Positions 58,939 to 64,000 of a DNA stretch of 64,000 nucleotides are shown piece by piece. The translations under genes were made by a program, and so were the position numbers. A model generated the notes under the pieces. The model was given only the letters and a program-made list of their open reading frames with translations. It did not search any database and had not been told where the DNA came from. Source of the DNA: an uncultured delta proteobacterium (GTDB lineage Bacteria; Desulfobacterota; Binatia; Binatales; Binataceae); NCBI GenBank assembly GCA_963794325.1, contig CAWCDG010000002.1, positions 160,001-224,000 of the forward strand, given 5' to 3'. Within the stretch, counting starts at the first letter, position 1. Each line of letters starts with the position of its first letter.

Positions 58939-59837
58939 GGCCGAACGCCTTTACGAACTGGTTCACGACGTAGTCGATCATCGAGATATAGTCCTTCTGC
59001 TCGGACGTTCCACCGACATCGATGGTGAGATTGAGGCACGGCACACCCGCCTGAGTCGCGATCAGTTGCGCGATCGAAACGTCATAGTAAGGCTCGGTGA
59101 CTATGGCGCGCACCTTTTCCTTCTTGGCGATCTCGATCACTTCCTGCACGCGCGAGGGCGACGGCGCGAAGCCCGGCTTGTTCTCGATCGTAGTCGGAAT
59201 CGTGAGCTTGAAGGCGCGCGCGAAGTAGCTCCACGATTCGTGGTACGGAATGATCGCAGCGCCCGCGAACGGCGCCATCTCGGCGTCCCATTTTTTCTCT
59301 GCCGCCGTCAGCTGGTCGTCAAACGTTTTCAGATTGCCCGCGAAGTAGTCCTTGTCGGCCGGGTCGGTATACGAAAGCGCGTTGAATACGTTCTGCGCCA
59401 TGATTCGTCCGGCTTCAGGGTCGAGCTGGTAGTGCGGATTTCCGTAAGGGTGAATATCGCCGAAGCTGTAGTCGACGCGCCCCTTCGGCACGTCCATCAG
59501 CGGAATCCCGACCGAGACCTGCGCCTTGACGAGGTCGGAGTTGTTGGCTTCGCTGACGAGGTCGCGCGACCACTCCTCGAGGCCGAGTCCAATTTGTATG
59601 AATAGTTTCGCGCGATGAATTTTGAACAGATCGCTCGGGCGCGGCTGGTAGAAATCCGCGTTGAAGCCGCCCGGCACCAGCGCCTCGACCTCGATTTTGT
59701 CGCCGCCCACGGTAGTAACCAGCGAGGCAAGGTCGGTGGTGGTGGTTACTACCCGCAGCGGCGCCGCGTCGCATCGGGAGGACCATCGTCAGCACGATCG
59801 CAATCGTCGAAAGAATTCTCGCAACAGCTTTTTGCAT
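58928..59837 (-). CDS. znuA: Metal ABC transporter substrate-binding protein (cluster A-I), frameshift near 59770
   Basis: Signal peptide in one frame, then LRVVTTTTDLAS, GLGLE.W, GDIHPYGNPHY.LDP, YHESW.YF. Confidence 0.8.
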
Positions 59838-59841
59838 TCGA

Positions 59842-61288
59842 TTAGTCCAGTGGTTTCAGGTTGCCGAGTGAGAACGTCGCCTGCAGATACACCAGGTCGG
59901 CCGCGCGCAACGGCGCGTTCGCGGCCTGGGTTCCCGTATTATGCGTGTACTGCAAGCGCAGCCGGGTGTTGTCGGAAACGAAGTAGGTGAGGATCGGCGA
60001 GAAATCGACCTCGGTCCCCCTGGGCACGCCCGGAACGTCAGCAACATCGACGAGCGCTCCCGCATGCCAGCGCAGCGCGAAGTTGTAATCGAGCAGGCTG
60101 TAGATACCGCGCTTCACGCCGTGGTCGTTGTCGCCGGTCCGCTCGGAGAGCAGCGCCTCGAGGTTCCAGGTCCACACCTGCCGCTGCGTTGGCGCATAGC
60201 GCACCTGGACAAACGGATCTTCCATGTAGGTCGCGCCGCCCGGCCCCGGACCGCCGGCGAAACTCGCACCGGCCGTCAGCGCGCCGGTAGTGAACAGGTC
60301 GCGCGAGTAGTCGAGCGATCCGATATACGCGAAGTCGTAGTTGTGGTTCTGGTTATGGTCGAAGGCGGTCGGGTTGATACCGCTGACGATGTTGAAATCG
60401 GCCTTCAGCGGGAGGTCCCACGGATTCGGGATGTAACCCTTGAGATTCACTCCCGGCTCGACCAGTCCGTCCTCACCGAGATAGAACGCGAGCGCGTTGG
60501 GCCGGTTCACCATCGGCAATTGAAAGGTGTCGGTCTCGTTGAGCAGTCCGAACTCCGGCCGGAACTGTCCCGCGCGCAAGGACAGGTCATACGGCAGCTT
60601 GTTGAAGAGCCAGGAATGCTTCCTCGATATCGAACGGGCCGTTGTTGGGCTTGTCGATCGAAATCTGCGCGGTCGTGTACGGATCAATCGGCGAGAAAAA
60701 GATCAGCTGCGTGTCGCGCGGCTGAAACTTGTCGTCGGCGGGATCGTAGCGCGCGTCGCCCTTGCGAATGTCGCTCTGCCTGAAAGTGAAATCGCCGACC
60801 GCGCTGATATCCGGGATAAACGTCTTCGAAACGCCCTCCAGTCCCGGGACGATCACGCCTTGTCCGCCGGGCTCCGCGTTGGCATAACCGGGCTCGAGCG
60901 AGGTCGGGCCCACGACCGGGCCGGGCATCAGATTCTTGACCGCGGTTCCAAGCGTAACTCCCGCGGGAGGATTTGCTGGAAGCGGCTCGCCCGCGGGCGT
61001 TATACCCGGCGGCGCTCCGCTCTGCGACGACGCCGTGCCGGCAGACGCCGCGCTGCCCACCGATGGATCTTTCGCGGCGCCGGCGTTGACGCGCGCCTCG
61101 AGCGCTTCCATCCGCTGATGCATTTCGCGGAGCTCGGTCTGAAACTCCGCCAGCTCTTTTTTCAGTTCAACATTTTGCGCCTTCAGCGAGTCGTCGCTGT
61201 CCGCGTACAGCGGATTTGCGAAAACGATTAGAAGACCCGCATTCAGCACCCAAATCCATCGTCCAACATTGGCCGCACTTCTCATCAT
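59842..61288 (-). CDS. Outer-membrane beta-barrel protein of metal-uptake operon, frameshift near 60611
   Basis: Signal peptide, coiled coil, PDIS.VGD, IDPY, EEAF then RAGQF..EFG.LN, alternating beta-strand pattern, C-terminal YLQATFSLG. Confidence 0.7.
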
Positions 61289-61384
61289 GGTCACTCCTTT
61301 CCGCACAGATTTCGCGGAACGGCGAAGCGTGAATCCTCGTCACGCAACGAAATAGACCGATATGTTCGCAAACGAAGGGGGAAT

Positions 61385-61723
61385 CTATGCGGCGGAGGGG
61401 GGCGCCTGCGTCGGCGCCGATGCGGAATCGAACGGAGCGAAACCATGCCAGGAATCGGTGCTCGTGACTACGCTTCCGATCTCGAGAGGCTCGACGAACA
61501 GCGCGCTGGCTGGATTGAGACTCGAATGGAACGCGAGCTGGCAGAGTGCGCAGAATCCGGTATCGAGGGACGGTCGCGCCGACACTACCGTCGTAGCCGA
61601 CGGTGTCGGCGGATGCGAATGCACGACGGCGACAAATTGCGCAACCAGAATTAATGCCGCGCCGAAAACGGCAATCGATCGCCTAAGGCTCAAACGAGTC
61701 GAACTCTTGCGTGAAATTGCCAT
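61385..61723 (-). CDS. DUF2946-like small metal-binding protein
   Basis: TM/signal followed by HSH, CALC and C-terminal APP motif. Confidence 0.65.
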   Translation of the reverse strand: MAISRKSSTRLSLRRSIAVFGAALILVAQFVAVVHSHPPTPSATTVVSARPSLDTGFCALCQLAFHSSLNPASALFVEPLEIGSVVTSTDSWHGFAPFDSASAPTQAPPSAA

Positions 61724-61909
61724 TCAGTCGCGAGGCCCCGCGCGAGAGCCTCAATCAAGCATGTAACAGGGTTTGCGCAACTAATGGAATCGAGAGTGCG
61801 AAGCGCTCGTGCCAGAGTCCACGGAGAGCGGCGGGACAAACTCTATCGTCTTTCCGTCGCTGACAGCCGCGGGAATTGAGCTGAGAGAGCGGATACTCAG
61901 GTCGAGGTG

Positions 61910-62323
61910 CTAGCGCGGGGTGAGCATGACTACGGGGATGTTGCGTTTCGTGCCGGCCTGGTACTTGTCGTAGTCGGGCCACTGCGCTGTCATGATCGGC
62001 CACACGCGCTTCTTTTCTTCGGCCGTCGCAGTCCGCGCACGGACCGGAATCACCTTGTCCCACACCTGGATCTTCACATCGGGGTGGGCGAGCAGGTTTT
62101 TGTACCACCCGGGATCGTCGGGCGCGCCACCTTTCGAAGCGACAATCAGATAGTTGTCGCCGTCGCGCCCGTAGATCAGCGGGAATTTTTTCGTCTCGCC
62201 AGATTTCCGCCCGATGGTGTGCAACACCAGACAACTGGTGTTGTTCCAATCGTGGCCAGTCTTACCGCCGGTCGTCTCGTACTGGCGGACGTGTTCGTCT
62301 CCGAACAAGCTGTAGTCAGGCAT
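61910..62323 (-). CDS. Deazaflavin (F420H2)-dependent nitroreductase (Ddn family)
   Basis: GRKSG, VASKGG...P.WY.NL.AHP, Y..YQ..T.R.IPVV.L. Confidence 0.92.
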   Translation of the reverse strand: MPDYSLFGDEHVRQYETTGGKTGHDWNNTSCLVLHTIGRKSGETKKFPLIYGRDGDNYLIVASKGGAPDDPGWYKNLLAHPDVKIQVWDKVIPVRARTATAEEKKRVWPIMTAQWPDYDKYQAGTKRNIPVVMLTPR

Positions 62324-62373
62324 GGGTATCAGACTGCCACGTTGGCAACCCTCTGGCCAACCCTGTCGCGAAA

Positions 62374-64000
62374 TCAGCCGAGAACAATTCGCACTCGATG
62401 GGTGACGCTGTCGTCGGCGAGGGCGATTTGCGCCGGGCGTGCTGGTAGCGCGTTGCCGTCCAGCTCGAGGATGCTCACGCCGCAACTGACGCCACGCGGG
62501 TTTTCGACCGCGATTTCGTAGCGTGTCGTGCGGTATCGATAGACGATATCGAAGCGCGGCCACTTCTTCGGGATGCACGGATCGATCTGCAACGTTGTGC
62601 CGCGCAGACGAAAGCCCAGTATCCATTCGAGACCCGCGCGGTACATCCAACCCGCGGAGCCCGTGTACCAGGTCCATCCTCCACGCCCGACGTGCGGCGG
62701 CATCGAGTAGACGTCGGCGCACACGACGTAAGGCTCGACTTTGTAGCGTTGGATTCCGGCGCGAGTGTTCGCGTGATTGATCGGGTTCAGCATCGAGAAC
62801 AGCTCGTTCGCCCTATCGCCATCGCCGAGCATCGCAAACGCGATCACCGACCAAAGTGCGCCATGCGTGTATTGGCCGCCGTTCTCCCGGAGGCCGGGCG
62901 GATAGCCCTTGATATAGCCGGGATCCTGCGCCGGGTGATCGAAAGGCGGGGTGAATAGCAGCACCAGGGCGTCCTCGCGTTTTACCAGGTACTCGTCGAC
63001 CGCAGTCATCGCGGCCGCAGCGCGGACCGGATTCGCGGCGCCGGAGATTACGCTCCACGACTGCGCGATCGAATCGATGCGGCACTCGATACTGCCGGCC
63101 GAGCCGAGCGGCGTGCCGTCATCGAAGTAGCCGCGCCGATACCAGTCGCCGTCCCATCCGTCGCGATCGAGCGCTTCCGCAAGCGCCGTCGCATGACTGC
63201 GCCAGGTCGAAGCGCGCGCCTCTTCGCGGCGAAGATCGGCCAGCGGCGCGAACGCCTGGAGCGTCGCGAGGAGGAACCATCCGAGCCAGATGCTCTCGCC
63301 TTTGCCTGCCTCGCCAACGCGATTCATGCCGTCGTTCCAGTCGCCGGATTCGAAAAGCGGAATTCCGTGGATTCCAACCGCGAGGCTTCGGTCCAAGCCA
63401 AGCGCGCAATGTTCGAAGATGGTGCCGCGCTGTTCGGAGACGGTGGGCTGAAAAAACGATTCAACCTCGCCAGGGTGCAGCGGCGGGCCGTCGAGGAACG
63501 GGACCGTTTCGTCGAGTATGCCGGCGTCGCCGGTCACCTCTATATAATGAGCGACCGCATACGCGAGCCAGACGCGGTCGTCGGCGATGCGCGTACGAAC
63601 TCCCTGTCCCTTGGGCGGCAGCCACCAATGTTGCACGTCGCCTTCGACGAACTGTCGCGATGCGGCGCGAATCAGCTGCTCCCGCGTCAGCGCAGGCTGG
63701 GCCACCGCCAATGCCATCACGTCCTGGAGCTGATCGCGGAAGCCGTACGCGCCGCCCGCCTGGTAGAAGGCCGATCGCGCCCTCACGCGGCACGCCAGGG
63801 TCTGATACAGCAGCCATCGGTTCAGCATGAGGTCCATCGAGCGGTCCGGAGTCCGCACCTGCACCGTGCCCAGCAAGTCGTCCCAGTATTGCGTGACCGT
63901 GGCCAGGACGGAGTCGAGGTCGGCGGCGCGATATTTCTTGATCGAGGCAATCGCGTCCGGCCTGCTCGCCGCCTCGCCGAGGAAGAAAACGACCTCGCTC
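62374..64000 (-). CDS. GH94 glycoside phosphorylase domain, probably C-terminus of cyclic beta-1,2-glucan synthase (NdvB/ChvB-like); partial
   Basis: YQAGGAYGFRDQLQD, DVQHWW, GDWNDGMN, RENGGQYTH, GRGGWTWYTGSAGW; frame open to window edge. Confidence 0.88.
   Translation of the reverse strand, partial: SEVVFFLGEAASRPDAIASIKKYRAADLDSVLATVTQYWDDLLGTVQVRTPDRSMDLMLNRWLLYQTLACRVRARSAFYQAGGAYGFRDQLQDVMALAVAQPALTREQLIRAASRQFVEGDVQHWWLPPKGQGVRTRIADDRVWLAYAVAHYIEVTGDAGILDETVPFLDGPPLHPGEVESFFQPTVSEQRGTIFEHCALGLDRSLAVGIHGIPLFESGDWNDGMNRVGEAGKGESIWLGWFLLATLQAFAPLADLRREEARASTWRSHATALAEALDRDGWDGDWYRRGYFDDGTPLGSAGSIECRIDSIAQSWSVISGAANPVRAAAAMTAVDEYLVKREDALVLLFTPPFDHPAQDPGYIKGYPPGLRENGGQYTHGALWSVIAFAMLGDGDRANELFSMLNPINHANTRAGIQRYKVEPYVVCADVYSMPPHVGRGGWTWYTGSAGWMYRAGLEWILGFRLRGTTLQIDPCIPKKWPRFDIVYRYRTTRYEIAVENPRGVSCGVSILELDGNALPARPAQIALADDSVTHRVRIVLG

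Noticed and set aside
61760-61778. Zur/Fur-like box ATGTAACAGGGTTTGCGC upstream of the metal operon
   Set aside because: Position is plausible but symmetry is too weak to call.

Overview
A high-GC chromosomal window from a diderm bacterium. The gene repertoire suggests Binatota/'Ca. Binatus', but that is inference. Core content: the dcw cell-wall/division cluster (mraZ-rsmH-ftsL-ftsI-murE-mraY-murD-ftsW-murG-murC-murB-ftsQ-ftsA-ftsZ, lacking murF and ddl), GTP-dependent PEP carboxykinase, panE, tRNA-Glu(TTC), a parS site, a Zn/Mn-type ABC uptake operon and the C-terminus of a GH94/cyclic beta-1,2-glucan synthase-like gene. Accessory content: a Baeyer-Villiger monooxygenase, SDRs, a TPP decarboxylase with an acyl-CoA synthetase, a carboxylesterase, a NarX/NarL-type two-component pair and two F420H2-dependent (Ddn-like) reductases. 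Main leads: (1) a TetR-led operon at 39.1-42.9 kb encoding two paralogous DUF455-like diiron proteins, two paralogous small proteins and a third PaaA/PaaC-like ferritin-fold subunit, a candidate undescribed multicomponent diiron enzyme; (2) a ~7-kb integrase-less island in tRNA-Glu (14-bp att repeat) carrying an R-M controller protein with a PvuII-type C-box and two PD-(D/E)XK nucleases but no methyltransferase; (3) a steep gradient of A-ending synonymous codons in an MFS gene running into a palindromic-repeat cluster; (4) a solitary BrxC/DUF6079-like ATPase; (5) several REP/REPIN-like repeat families. About six genes carry single-base frameshifts, including essential murG, probably from assembly errors. 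All family calls come from recognising motifs by eye; no database search was run.
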